A DNA stretch of 57,939 nt, filler included, from Malassezia furfur (Eukaryota), in the NCBI GenBank assembly GCA_052055015.1. It is 3 parts of 3 records of this genome, joined end to end, with 100 filler letters (N's around TTAATTAATTAA, not from the genome) between each part and the next. Parts side by side here need not be neighbours in the genome. Positions count along the whole stretch, not along the records: positions 1 to 19,274 come from JBQJIT010000193.1; 2 more parts are not named here. One strand, given 5' to 3'. The notes under the pieces are model-generated. The model saw nothing but the letters and a program-made list of their open reading frames with translations, made no database searches and was not told the DNA's origin. This document shows, one piece after another, positions 1-9,659 of the stretch (position 1 is its first letter; every line of letters starts with the position of its first letter). The translations under genes and the position numbers were made by a program.

Positions 1-2015
1 AGGCGCCGGCGCTCGGCGTGCGCGCAGCATACGTTGCGCCGGCCGCATGGTACGTGCAGGCGCTTGTTGCGCGCGGCGTGCGCCTTGCGCTCGGCCTGCA
101 GGCGCACACGCGCGGCGTCGCCGTGTGGGAGCGCGTGCTGTGCATCGTGCTGGGCCATGCGTATGCGCTGCTGCTGCTCGCCGCCGAGGCGTACGGCGGT
201 GCGTTTGTGCATGGCGTGCCGATGCCGTGGGCCATGCACGTGTTCAAGCAGTACATGCTCGTGGTCAAGGTGTTTGCCTTCTCGGTGATCGACCTGGTGC
301 TCTTCCCGCTGTTCTGTGGTGTGCTGCTCGAGTGGTGCCTGTTCCCGCTGTTCCCCGGCGCGTCGTTCCGCGCGATGGCGGGCGACGCGTGCGCCGCGCC
401 GTTCACGTTTGTGTTCACGCGGTGGACGTCGGGCACGGTGTACATGTTCCACTTTGCGCAGATGCTCAGCGCGATCCGCTCCGTCGTGCGCCCCGGCGTG
501 ATGTGCTGGATGCGCGACGCCACCGACCCCGATTACCACCCGATCCGCGAGATCGTCGAGACGCGCACGCCGCTGCAGCTGCGGCGCATCTGGGACTCGG
601 TGCTGATGTACGGCGCGGTGCTCGTGCTCGTCATCGGCCTCGGGCTGCGCGCCGCGTTCGCCGTGCTGCCCGGCGTGCTGCCGCTGTACTGGCATCCGCA
701 GAGCCCGGTGCTGCATGCGCCGCTCGACCTGCTCCTCGTGCACTTTGGCCTGCGCCTCGCGGTGAAGCGCACGCGCCTCGCGCACCACGCGCACCGCGCG
801 TTCCGCGCGTGGTGGATCGCGGCCGCCAAGCGCCTGCGCCTCTCGGCGTTCCTGATGGGCGACGAGCAGCTCGGCGAGCGCGGCTACGTGCCGGCCACGT
901 GGCTCGACGCCGTGCGCCACTTTGTGGCGCCGCGCGCCGACCTCGAGCACGACCCGCGCTTTGTGCACAACGGCGGCTTCGCACGTGTCCCGGCCGACGA
1001 CCACCCCGCACCGGACGCGCAGCTGATCATCCCCACCAACGCCGCGGGCATTCCCATCGACGCCGCAGCGCAGGCCGCGTTCGAGGCACAGCAGCGCTCC
1101 ATCGTGCAGATGAAGGAGCGTGCCGCATACACCATCGTATACCTCCCGCCGCACCTCTACGGCCGCATCGTCGCGCTGATCGTCATGCTCTGGCTCTCGT
1201 GCGCGGTCGTCGGCGTCGCGGCGTTTGTCACGCCGCTCGTCCTCGGCCGCACGATCGCAGTGCTGTGCGGGCTCCGCGGAATGCACGACACGTACGCCGT
1301 CGTGCTGGGCCTCATGGCACTCGTCGCCGCGACCTTTGTGCGCCACTGCGTCGTGCAGCTCCGTCTGCCGGGCGAGCGCCGCTGGGCAAAAGGCGCCGCG
1401 GCGGCCGCGCGCGCCGCCTACGTTCTCCTCATGTTCGGCACGCTCGTTCCGTTCCTCGTGGGGCTCGTTGCGCACCAGTACATTGTGCCGACCCAGCGCA
1501 TGGTGGACGGCATGCCGCAGCTCAACGTCTTCCACACGTGGGCCCTCGGCGTGGTCGCAATGAACTGCGCACTCCTCGCGATCCTCATGGTGTTCCCGGA
1601 CGACTACCCCATGCTCTGGGATGCGTACGATTTCCTGCACCACGGGCGCATCTGGCGCATCCACGTCGCACACGCGACGCGCCACGCCCTGCTTCCGATG
1701 CTCGCCACGCTCCTCGTCGCGCTCGTCGCGCCGTACCTGGTCGCGGCTGCGGCGCTCGCCCTTGGCGGGCAGCTCGGCGCGTCCGCGGACGTGCAGCAGC
1801 GTGTCCTGCGCTTTGCCAACGTCGCCGTGTTCCTCATCGCACTCGGCGTGGCCGGCGCTCGCGCCCTGCCGTCGCGCCTCGGCATCTGGACGGATGTGCT
1901 GCGCGACGAGCTGTTCCTCGAATCCACCGAGCTGTGCAACTACAGCGAAGCGGACGAAAAACTCGCGCCGCGCGACGGGTACGGGCCGCTGCCGGACCGC
2001 CTCGTGCGTGGGTAG
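1..2015 (+). CDS. DOA10: ERAD E3 ubiquitin ligase Doa10/MARCH6, C-terminal multi-TM part (5' end outside window)
   Basis: Many TM segments; TD-domain-like RPGVMCWMRDATDPDYHPIREIVE; C-terminal element WTDVLRDELFLESTELCNY; TAG ends 2015. Confidence 0.85.
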   Translation, partial: APALGVRAAYVAPAAWYVQALVARGVRLALGLQAHTRGVAVWERVLCIVLGHAYALLLLAAEAYGGAFVHGVPMPWAMHVFKQYMLVVKVFAFSVIDLVLFPLFCGVLLEWCLFPLFPGASFRAMAGDACAAPFTFVFTRWTSGTVYMFHFAQMLSAIRSVVRPGVMCWMRDATDPDYHPIREIVETRTPLQLRRIWDSVLMYGAVLVLVIGLGLRAAFAVLPGVLPLYWHPQSPVLHAPLDLLLVHFGLRLAVKRTRLAHHAHRAFRAWWIAAAKRLRLSAFLMGDEQLGERGYVPATWLDAVRHFVAPRADLEHDPRFVHNGGFARVPADDHPAPDAQLIIPTNAAGIPIDAAAQAAFEAQQRSIVQMKERAAYTIVYLPPHLYGRIVALIVMLWLSCAVVGVAAFVTPLVLGRTIAVLCGLRGMHDTYAVVLGLMALVAATFVRHCVVQLRLPGERRWAKGAAAAARAAYVLLMFGTLVPFLVGLVAHQYIVPTQRMVDGMPQLNVFHTWALGVVAMNCALLAILMVFPDDYPMLWDAYDFLHHGRIWRIHVAHATRHALLPMLATLLVALVAPYLVAAAALALGGQLGASADVQQRVLRFANVAVFLIALGVAGARALPSRLGIWTDVLRDELFLESTELCNYSEADEKLAPRDGYGPLPDRLVRG

Positions 2016-2080
2016 CGTTTGTATAGTATACGTACCTCCACCCCAGCCCCCTTTGCATCCGCCGCCGCTGCACCTCCACC

Positions 2081-3184
2081 ATGCGCGAAGACGGCGCCGA
2101 GCGCGCGGACGTCGAGCACCGCGCGCCCCTTGATGCCGCTGCACAGCGCCTCGCGCTGGACAAGAAACAAGTGGTGGCATTCGCTGCCATCACATTCGTG
2201 GGCGGCATGGCTGCCGCAATGGCGTACACCCTGCGCCGGAAGCCGCCCATGGACGCCGTCGCACCGCTCGCCCACACGGCACGCTCGCCCGCCGAGCATG
2301 CACACACGCACGTTGCGCAGGCCACGCATGCACCGGCACATGCGCTCGCGCCTCGCTCCTCGGGTCCGCGCATAGTTGACGTGCGTACGCAGCGCCCAGA
2401 GGCGTCTGCACCAGCACCGAGTACACCAGTAACAACAGCGTCCACCGCGAACGGAGCGGCCGCGGACGCACCGGCGCCGCTCTCCGAGGCCGCAAAACAG
2501 GGACCTATGGCCATCTTTCGCGAGATGAACGCCGCCATTTTTTCCGCGTTCCGCTCGTCGCCGGCATCGCCGTCGGCCACGGCACCGGCATCAGGCGGCA
2601 TTCGTGCCTTGCGCGCCGCACGTTCGCCGGCGCCGGGCGCGCCGGCGTCGAGCGCGCCGGCGTCGAGCGCGCCAACACAGTCCACGGCCCACGCGGTCGG
2701 ACTGCGTACGGCCACGAGCAACCAAGGAATTGGTGTCCTGCACAAGACGCCGCAGACGCTTCCGCCCGGTGTCGCACCGGCAGCGGCCCAGGCAGGTGCA
2801 CGGAACGATGGGCCGCTGCTCGCGTTCGGCGCGTTTTCGCTCGCGACCGCGATCGTCGGCGGTGTCTCGCTTGCCGTGGTGTTTGCCGTGCGGCAGGCGC
2901 TCAACATCTCCACGGTCGAGGAGTTTGCGGACTGGATGCACGAGCGCATGCCGCGTCTGGGACGCGGCGAAGTCCTGTCGCGCTACACGGCCGTCATCGA
3001 CTCGGGGCCGGAGCCGAACGAATGGGTCGGAATGCTGCCCGACGATGTCACCGAGCGCATGAGCCAGACCGAGGACCCCTTTGAGTGGGCGCAGCTCGTG
3101 CAGCTCCAACTCGACTACGAGCATGCACACCACCTGAAGGAGCGTGCAGAGCGTCGAAAACTGCGCGCGCAGCGCGCAGAATAG
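2081..3184 (+). CDS. Two-TM membrane protein, AIM11/TMEM242-like (tentative)
   Basis: Two hydrophobic helices flanking an Ala/Pro/Ser-rich linker; AFGAFSLATAIV..ALNISTVEEFADWM resembles the AIM11/DUF1358 segment. Confidence 0.45.
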   Translation: MREDGAERADVEHRAPLDAAAQRLALDKKQVVAFAAITFVGGMAAAMAYTLRRKPPMDAVAPLAHTARSPAEHAHTHVAQATHAPAHALAPRSSGPRIVDVRTQRPEASAPAPSTPVTTASTANGAAADAPAPLSEAAKQGPMAIFREMNAAIFSAFRSSPASPSATAPASGGIRALRAARSPAPGAPASSAPASSAPTQSTAHAVGLRTATSNQGIGVLHKTPQTLPPGVAPAAAQAGARNDGPLLAFGAFSLATAIVGGVSLAVVFAVRQALNISTVEEFADWMHERMPRLGRGEVLSRYTAVIDSGPEPNEWVGMLPDDVTERMSQTEDPFEWAQLVQLQLDYEHAHHLKERAERRKLRAQRAE

Positions 3185-3195
3185 ATACCTCTAGA

Positions 3196-4302
3196 CTATG
3201 TACGCGATGCACCGCGATCCGTCACCGTCGATGACCCGCTCGGCCGCGCCATAAAGTCGCCGGGTAGGTCGACGCCGGCGCGTGCAGGGTGGCCGTAGCT
3301 GCCTGGCTCCCCGTCCTGGGGGATGCGCGGCGCACGCTTCGTCTCAAGCTCGCTTAGTGGATGCAGCTCGCCAGTTTGGAAGCGCTGCTGGCGCTTCTCA
3401 AGGTCGTGCGCCCACATTGCCGCGCCAATCCGGTTCGAGATCGAAAATGCCATGCCTAGGATCGGCACGCGCTCCAGCAGCATTGCGAAGAACCCAAAAA
3501 GCCAGTACGACGTACGCCGCTCTTCCACCCACACCTCAACCTGCTGGGGCGTCATGTGCTTGGCGTCAAACAAGGGCGACTGCAGCCTCACTGCATAGTC
3601 CAGCGCCGAAAAACCGGCATACACCACCACACCAAACAGGGGGATCGACGTCGTAAAGATCATGATCACCTTGCGCATCACCCAGCGAATGACACTCTGC
3701 TTCAGCCGCTCACTCAGACCGCGCCGCGGTGCGCTGGACGACTTGGGCGCGGGCGGCTTCTGCCACTCTTCCGTATACGGGGTCCACCAGTCGGCCGGCT
3801 TCCCACGCGAGGCGACTGTGTCCGCATACGCTGTGCGCCGAAAGTGACGGAGTTGCGTCTTGAGGTTTGTCTCGAACACGAAGCTCACCTGGTTCAGGAT
3901 GAAGAGCCATTTTGCCAGCGCTGCATAAGCATTGACACGTACCATGGAAGGACAGCATAGGGATGTGCATGGACCGCGCATATCCTGCCAGGAAATTGTA
4001 CGCGCTGCATCAGAATGTACAACGTACTGTTCTGCACCCACTGCAGTGCCGACACGGTGCACAAACAGCGACGAAAAGAAGCCTTGGAAGGGTAGCGAAA
4101 GAACCACCTGCGTGAGCGCCCTTTGTATCGTACCCAGAGACCGGCCATCATCCCAGCACGCGCCATCGAGTGCCGGCTGGCCTCCCAAATTGAGCGCCAG
4201 AGTTTCGGATCATGGAATAGACGATACACACCCACTGTGGTCAGCCGTGCGCGACCTACCAACCGTGTACACCGGCGGAAACTCGAGCGTAGCTTGCGGC
4301 AT
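3196..4302 (-). CDS. EI24/Rrt8/Lds-family membrane protein, 4 introns
   Basis: Starts MPQATLEFPPVYTV^VGVYRLF; introns 4235-4259, 4108-4133, 4005-4027, 3921-3942; C-terminal FGFFAMLLERVPILG..SNRIGAAMWAHDLEK. Confidence 0.7.
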
Positions 4303-4374
4303 TGTGGAGGTCAGGCACCAAAAGTAGGTGCCTGGCAAGTGATCCTACGAAGAGACACGCATGACGGTAGCTAC

Positions 4375-5140
4375 CTAGTCATCCCAGTCGTCGTCATCCT
4401 TGGGTGCAGATGGCACACCGAAACCCAGAATCGGCTTGCTTGCGGTCTGCTGTGGAACAATAACACCTTGCGTTAGCGCACCACGAACCTGCTCTACCGA
4501 GCCGCCATTCCAACGCCGCGGTCGAGAAGTTGTCTGCATTCCCAAAGTCCTCAAATCCGACCAGCCGCTCCTTGCATTCGCCATTCACGAAAGCAAGCAT
4601 GCATGGCAGGACTTTGATTTTGAGCTTCTCTACCAGGAACGGCGTGTCCTGCACATCAGCCTTGAGAAAGAGGGTATGCGGATGCTGACGCGCAAGATGC
4701 TGCGTGAGCTTAGTATACTTACCTCGAGATGCCGGTCGAGGATATGGCACCGCCGGAACTCCTTGTGCGCAAAGTGAATCACCACGCGCGGCTCTTTGTA
4801 GCTCGTCTGAAGCAGCTCTTTTTCGTCGCGCACTTCGCGATATTTGCCACGGTTTGCATTCGCACCGGTTCCTTTTCGTGCCGCAACACTACATCAGCCT
4901 TTCCACGTACGCGGCTTCAATTTCGGCCATGCGCTGCGCGCGATATTCCTGGAAGGCACTGGCCAAGTCGCCATTCGCGTCGCGTCCCGAGCTGCCTGTT
5001 ACTGCAGCTGCATCATCGGCGTCCGCCTCGTTCAGTGCCTCGACCTCGGCATCGAGCTCTGCAAAGATCTCGTCGTCGCTGCCCGTCTCATGTCGGTCGG
5101 CATACGACCCCAGATCCGGCGCGTCCTTCCACGCGCTCAT
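4375..5140 (-). CDS. PLP1: Phosducin-like thioredoxin-fold protein (Plp1/TXNDC9), 3 introns
   Basis: EYRAQRMAEI, VVIHFAHKEFRRCHILDRHLE, PFLVEKLKIKVLP, LVGFEDFG; introns 4889-4910, 4700-4722, 4467-4488; ends DDDDWDD. Confidence 0.85.
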
Positions 5141-5176
5141 GGCGAAACACGCTGAGTAATTGCACCTCCTCCACCC

Positions 5177-5962
5177 ATGGCCAGCAGCGATGTGCAGCTG
5201 CAGCATACCCAGGTGTCGGCGGCCGGAACCATCGAGCCGTCACACGTCGGCGCTCTGCTTGAGGCGCTAAGTCGCAAAATCAATGTACCTCCTACTACGT
5301 TCGTCACACGCGAGACATTTCTGCGCCGCAGCGACGATGAATCCGCGCAGGCGCTCGAGATGTCCGACTCCCAATGGAGCAACGTGCGCCGCGCTCGCGA
5401 GCATATGCGCATCACCGTGCGCACAGAGAGCGGCGTGACCTATTTGGCACTTCCGCTCCCGCCCGCTCCGCCTGGGTCGACGCCCAACGTGCTGGTTCGC
5501 TCGGTCGTCCTTGTGGAAGACCTGACACCAACGTCAGTAGCTGCGACGCCTACGCCCGTTGATGGTGTCACGGTGTTTACGACACCTCTTGACAAGCTGG
5601 GCGCACTGGCTATGCACCATGCGGGCTGGAATGAGCTGGTGTATCTGTTAAACTGGACGCCGCACGCCGAGCAGCTTGTGTATGGACTTCGCTATGTGCT
5701 GCACTCTGACAACCCGCTCGTTTTGAACGAGTTGCGCGTGTACTGCACGGCCGACTCGGATATGAGCGGCGATGATACCAGGGCACACCCCAAACACATC
5801 TTCCATGTGCGCGCACTGTCTAGTTTCCGGTCAGACGTCGGACCGGGCGTACCCAAGTTCCGGCAGGACGAGTCGGCGGCCGCGCTGCAGTACGCCAAGC
5901 AATACGTGGAGCAGCTGCGCAAATCGCTCGAGTCCATTGTGCCGCTACATCGGGATAGCTAG
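5177..5962 (+). CDS. Probable Mediator subunit Med18/Srb5-like protein
   Basis: Intact 261-aa ORF; size and pattern (LLEALS..PP..F..RE; LGY-like LLNW..EQLVYGLRY; C-terminal helix) resemble Med18 from memory only. Confidence 0.45.
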   Translation: MASSDVQLQHTQVSAAGTIEPSHVGALLEALSRKINVPPTTFVTRETFLRRSDDESAQALEMSDSQWSNVRRAREHMRITVRTESGVTYLALPLPPAPPGSTPNVLVRSVVLVEDLTPTSVAATPTPVDGVTVFTTPLDKLGALAMHHAGWNELVYLLNWTPHAEQLVYGLRYVLHSDNPLVLNELRVYCTADSDMSGDDTRAHPKHIFHVRALSSFRSDVGPGVPKFRQDESAAALQYAKQYVEQLRKSLESIVPLHRDS

Positions 5963-7275
5963 TTATACAAGTTGGATACTGTGTGAGTAGCATGTATACA
6001 TACTGAGAGAGCAAGACGCGCTCCCACTCGCGGAGCCCTTCGTCGTCTTTGGTTTCGGGGGTGCCCTTGCGCGCCGCTTCGAGCTCTGCGAGGCCTTGCT
6101 CGAAAACCGACCAAGGGATGCAGTTGCCAGGCAGCGACACCTGGCTGTCTTCTACAGAGGCACCGTCGGCGACTGGGCCATGTCCCAGCGAGAATTGGCC
6201 TTGACGTGTACGAATCAGGCGCACCACATGCGCTGCGCTGCCGCATGCCGCGCCAAGGTCGTGAATGATCGAGCGCACATAGGTCCCTGACGATACGGTC
6301 ATCTCCAGGGTAAATGCAGCAGGATGCTCCGATGCCGGGGCATCTGCGGATGCCTCCGCAGAGGTGGATTCTTTGGATTCGGGCTCGGCATTCTCTGTCT
6401 TCGGTTGCTCCGCGCCTTCGGTTGCCTCTGCGCCGTCTGATGCCGCCGGCTTCGTCGTGTCAAACGTGTGGTCACGACCCGCAATTTTTCGCATCCGCTC
6501 ATACACCTGCTTGTCTTCCTCGGACACTTCCATATCGGGCGCGCGGTATGTGTGCTTATCCTCGGGGAGCCATTCCACGAGACGAAGTTCGTGCACCGTC
6601 ACATCGCGTGCTTCAATGGGCCGAGGCAAAGGGATACCTTCGCGCGCGTACTCAAACAGCCGCTTGCCATCCATACGCAGCGCACTGTACAGCGGGGGTA
6701 TCTGCTGCACTTCTCCCGTGAACAGGGGCAGCTTTTCACGGATCAACGCCTCGGTCACCTGCGAAGAGGGGGCGCGGTACACCACTGCGTCTTTGCAATC
6801 GTACGAGCTGGTTGCACTGCCGAGCAACCCTGTTGCCCGGTAGTCTTTTGTGCAGTGCAAAAACTGCTGTAGTTCTTTGGTCGCGGCACCTACGCCGATC
6901 ACTGGGTAAGCAGAGCAACGTACCCAAGACACCTTCGGCCAAAGGGTCCAGCGTGCCGCCCTGACCAATCTTGGGGGGCAAGCGCCCGCACTTTTCAAGC
7001 ATTGCCTTTTCCCATGGCTTTGGCCGCTTGAGTTTCTTGGCGGCGCTCGAGAAAGGCGCCGGCGCATTAGTGGGGTAAAACAGCGCAGAGCTGGCAAGCA
7101 ACGGTTTGAGTTTGTCCAACAACTCCATGGACGTCGGACCGCTGGGTTTGGCAATAGCAAAGAGGCCCGACAACGGGCGGTCGGCTAGGGTTGGCGTGCG
7201 CCCACCCTTGGTCACTGGCGGCATCCTTCGAGCAAGCTGGGAAGCAGTTTCCAAGACGCGTCCCTTCGCACCCAT
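5963..7275 (-). CDS. PUS4: tRNA pseudouridine-55 synthase (TruB family), 2 introns; alternative start 7224
   Basis: FAIAKPSGPTS, KIGQGGTLDPLAEGVL^VIGVG, QIPPLYSALRMDGKRLFEYAR, VSSGTYVRS; introns 6902-6923 and 5979-6003 give the end LLSHIQLV*. Confidence 0.92.
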
Positions 7276-7305
7276 ACGCGAGTGGAGGTTTGGTAAGCGT
7301 GGACC

Positions 7306-8448
7306 ATGGCACTGTTGGGCGTGTTCGGTCGGCGGACCGTGCGCGGGCCGCTAAGTGTGCGTGCCATATCGACCCGCGTACCCAACGGACCATACGACGT
7401 GCTGTTTTGCGGGACAGATGGATTTGCCTCGACAATCCTCGAGCGTCTAGCTGCGCACAAGGAATTGTACAACACCATCCAGGTGCTCACTCCGCCGGAC
7501 GCACAGCACTCATGGGGCGGCAAGCGGATGCGCGTATCTCCCGTCAAGCAATTTGCACAGGCATATAAGTTTCCGATTGAGCATGTGCCAGCCGCAGGCA
7601 TGGATCAATACGCATTGCCGGAAGCGCTACGCTCGTCGTCAGCGCCCCTGCTTCTTACTGTGTCGTTCGGACACATGATTCCGCAGTCGATCCTGCGGGA
7701 GTTTCCATCGGCATCGCAAACACTCAATGTGCACCCTTCGCTTCTTCCACAGCTGCGTGGTGCGGCACCGATCCAGTGGGCCATCGCACGGCAGCTGGAC
7801 ATGACCGGCGTGTCGGTGCAGCAGTTGGCCCCGGAGCATTTCGACACGGGCCGCATTCTGGGGCAGGTTCCCATGCCGATCGTTGAAGGCAGTACGTACA
7901 AGTCTCTGGCGAGCGAGTTGGCATCGCTCGGGTCGGAGCTGCTTGTGGATGTCATTGCGCACCTCCGCGAACGCGACCAGGAAGCCTGGTCCCAGGATGC
8001 GGCCAAAGCAACCCGCGCACCCAAACTCAAAAAGAGTGTAGGCGAAGTCAAATGGACCGAGTGGGATGCGGACAAGGTGGATGCACGCATGCGTGCTTTT
8101 GGCGACTATGTTCCACTGATGACCACGCTGGTGCCCGCCAAGGCGTCGTTCCCCCCTGTCGCCGTGTCCATCCGCGAGGGGGCATCGCTGCGTCGTACTG
8201 CGCAAGGTTCGCTCGCCGAGCTGGATGCGCAAGCGCATGCAGCCCTAAGCGACCGTCCACCGGGCTCAGCAACGTACTCTTCTGTGCTGAATGCGATGGT
8301 TGTACGCTGCGCATCGTCGAATGACAACGCCTTCCTCGCCACAAAATTACAAACGCAAGGAAAACCGGTGCGCAATGCCGGTGACTGGTGGCTTGGTTTC
8401 CATGACCGCAGCGACGACGACGGATGCATCCGATTTGCACACTCTTAG
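7306..8448 (+). CDS. FMT1: Mitochondrial methionyl-tRNA formyltransferase
   Basis: Arg-rich presequence, VLFCGTDGFA, NVHPSLLPQLRGAAPIQWAI, FDTGRIL, APKL. Confidence 0.92.
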   Translation: MALLGVFGRRTVRGPLSVRAISTRVPNGPYDVLFCGTDGFASTILERLAAHKELYNTIQVLTPPDAQHSWGGKRMRVSPVKQFAQAYKFPIEHVPAAGMDQYALPEALRSSSAPLLLTVSFGHMIPQSILREFPSASQTLNVHPSLLPQLRGAAPIQWAIARQLDMTGVSVQQLAPEHFDTGRILGQVPMPIVEGSTYKSLASELASLGSELLVDVIAHLRERDQEAWSQDAAKATRAPKLKKSVGEVKWTEWDADKVDARMRAFGDYVPLMTTLVPAKASFPPVAVSIREGASLRRTAQGSLAELDAQAHAALSDRPPGSATYSSVLNAMVVRCASSNDNAFLATKLQTQGKPVRNAGDWWLGFHDRSDDDGCIRFAHS

Positions 8449-8467
8449 ACATAATATTACGAGATAC

Positions 8468-9577
8468 CTATGGCTTGTTGGTAGAGGGATGACGGGGGGG
8501 CTGCGGCGGAACGTACGGTGCTTCGGTCTGGACGCCTGCAGGTTGCACTGCAGGTTGGGCAGAAGGTGCAGCGGTAGACGCTGGCATGTTGCCCTCCGCT
8601 GCGCTGCGCTTCGCCGCTTCCTGCTGCAGTGCCTGCTTGTCCTCTTCCGACAGCTCTTGGTCGCCAGGTGCAGGTCCATCGCTAATCAGATCCGTACCAA
8701 GATGCTCTGGACGCCCCTCGGCAGCGCACAGCGCCTGCCACAGCGGCATGCAGTCGTTGGGAATCTGGTGACGGGGTAACTTGTTGTCCAAAATCGTGGT
8801 GATTGGGATCTCTGGGTAGTTGTAGAAGCGAGCATTCTCATCGGAGCGGGTCACGATGATCGTGCCATCCAGCTGAAGGCCAAAGTAGAGGCCTTTCGAC
8901 TTGACATACGACAGGCAGGGCGAGGCTTCGACACCCGAGTCGAGCATGGCGCCGTTCCCCACAGGTCCCGCTGCAACGCTCAATTCGCCACCGATGCTGA
9001 TCTTGGGATACTTGAAGGCATCCACGGCGCGCTCATTGCGCAGGACGAGCACGACGTCGTACACATCCGCACCGATCACGAAGCCCCAGCCGATCGTATG
9101 AATGAGGATTCCCGAGGGACTACCCCATTCACCGTTCTCGTCCTTGGTCAGCACGACACCTGAGCCACTTGCGGCGCTGAATGCAAGGCCTGTACGGAAC
9201 ACGGTGAAGATAGCGACGCCCTTGGCATCCTGTAGAATCTTTTGCGGGATGGTAAAGGCGACCTTTTGCGTCTTGCGGTCCGCGTACTCGTCGCTAGAAG
9301 GCTTGTGTTCGGCCTTCTCCTCAGGCGCATGCGGGACCTTTTCGTCACCGACTGCAGCGCCTTGGCGGGTAAACGTCGTGATGATGCGGGCACATTTTTC
9401 GATTTCCTTGTCGAGCGAAGTGGGCCAGAAAGACTCCATGCCCAGACGCCCCGCAACCCGGTTCGAGAAGTGACCGACCGGCTCAAGCACATTCCATGCC
9501 TTGGTTTCCACCTTCTTTGCCGAGGCCCATGCCTTGTTCTTCCATGCGGTCCAAGACGACTCGGTAGGCTGCGACAT
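8468..9577 (-). CDS. SYLF/Ysc84 actin- and lipid-binding domain protein without SH3
   Basis: AKGVAIFTVFRTG..GSGVV..WGSPSGI, GGELSVAAGPVG, YVKSKGLYFGLQLDGT..RSDENARFY. Confidence 0.88.
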   Translation of the reverse strand: MSQPTESSWTAWKNKAWASAKKVETKAWNVLEPVGHFSNRVAGRLGMESFWPTSLDKEIEKCARIITTFTRQGAAVGDEKVPHAPEEKAEHKPSSDEYADRKTQKVAFTIPQKILQDAKGVAIFTVFRTGLAFSAASGSGVVLTKDENGEWGSPSGILIHTIGWGFVIGADVYDVVLVLRNERAVDAFKYPKISIGGELSVAAGPVGNGAMLDSGVEASPCLSYVKSKGLYFGLQLDGTIIVTRSDENARFYNYPEIPITTILDNKLPRHQIPNDCMPLWQALCAAEGRPEHLGTDLISDGPAPGDQELSEEDKQALQQEAAKRSAAEGNMPASTAAPSAQPAVQPAGVQTEAPYVPPQPPRHPSTNKP

Positions 9578-9659
9578 CGTTGTACGGCGCAATGCAGTAC
9601 CACGGATCGGCGGTGCAAAATGACGTCATTACCCCGGGCACGGACCGGTCCCTTCCATC

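Noticed and set aside
47..2026. 659-aa Arg/Ala-rich alternative-frame ORF over DOA10 (also 16208-18154)
   Set aside because: Stop-poor frame of very GC-rich coding DNA; low-complexity product
2624..2673. Short GCGCGCCGGCGTCGA tandem repeat
   Set aside because: Encodes the low-complexity APASS linker inside a CDS
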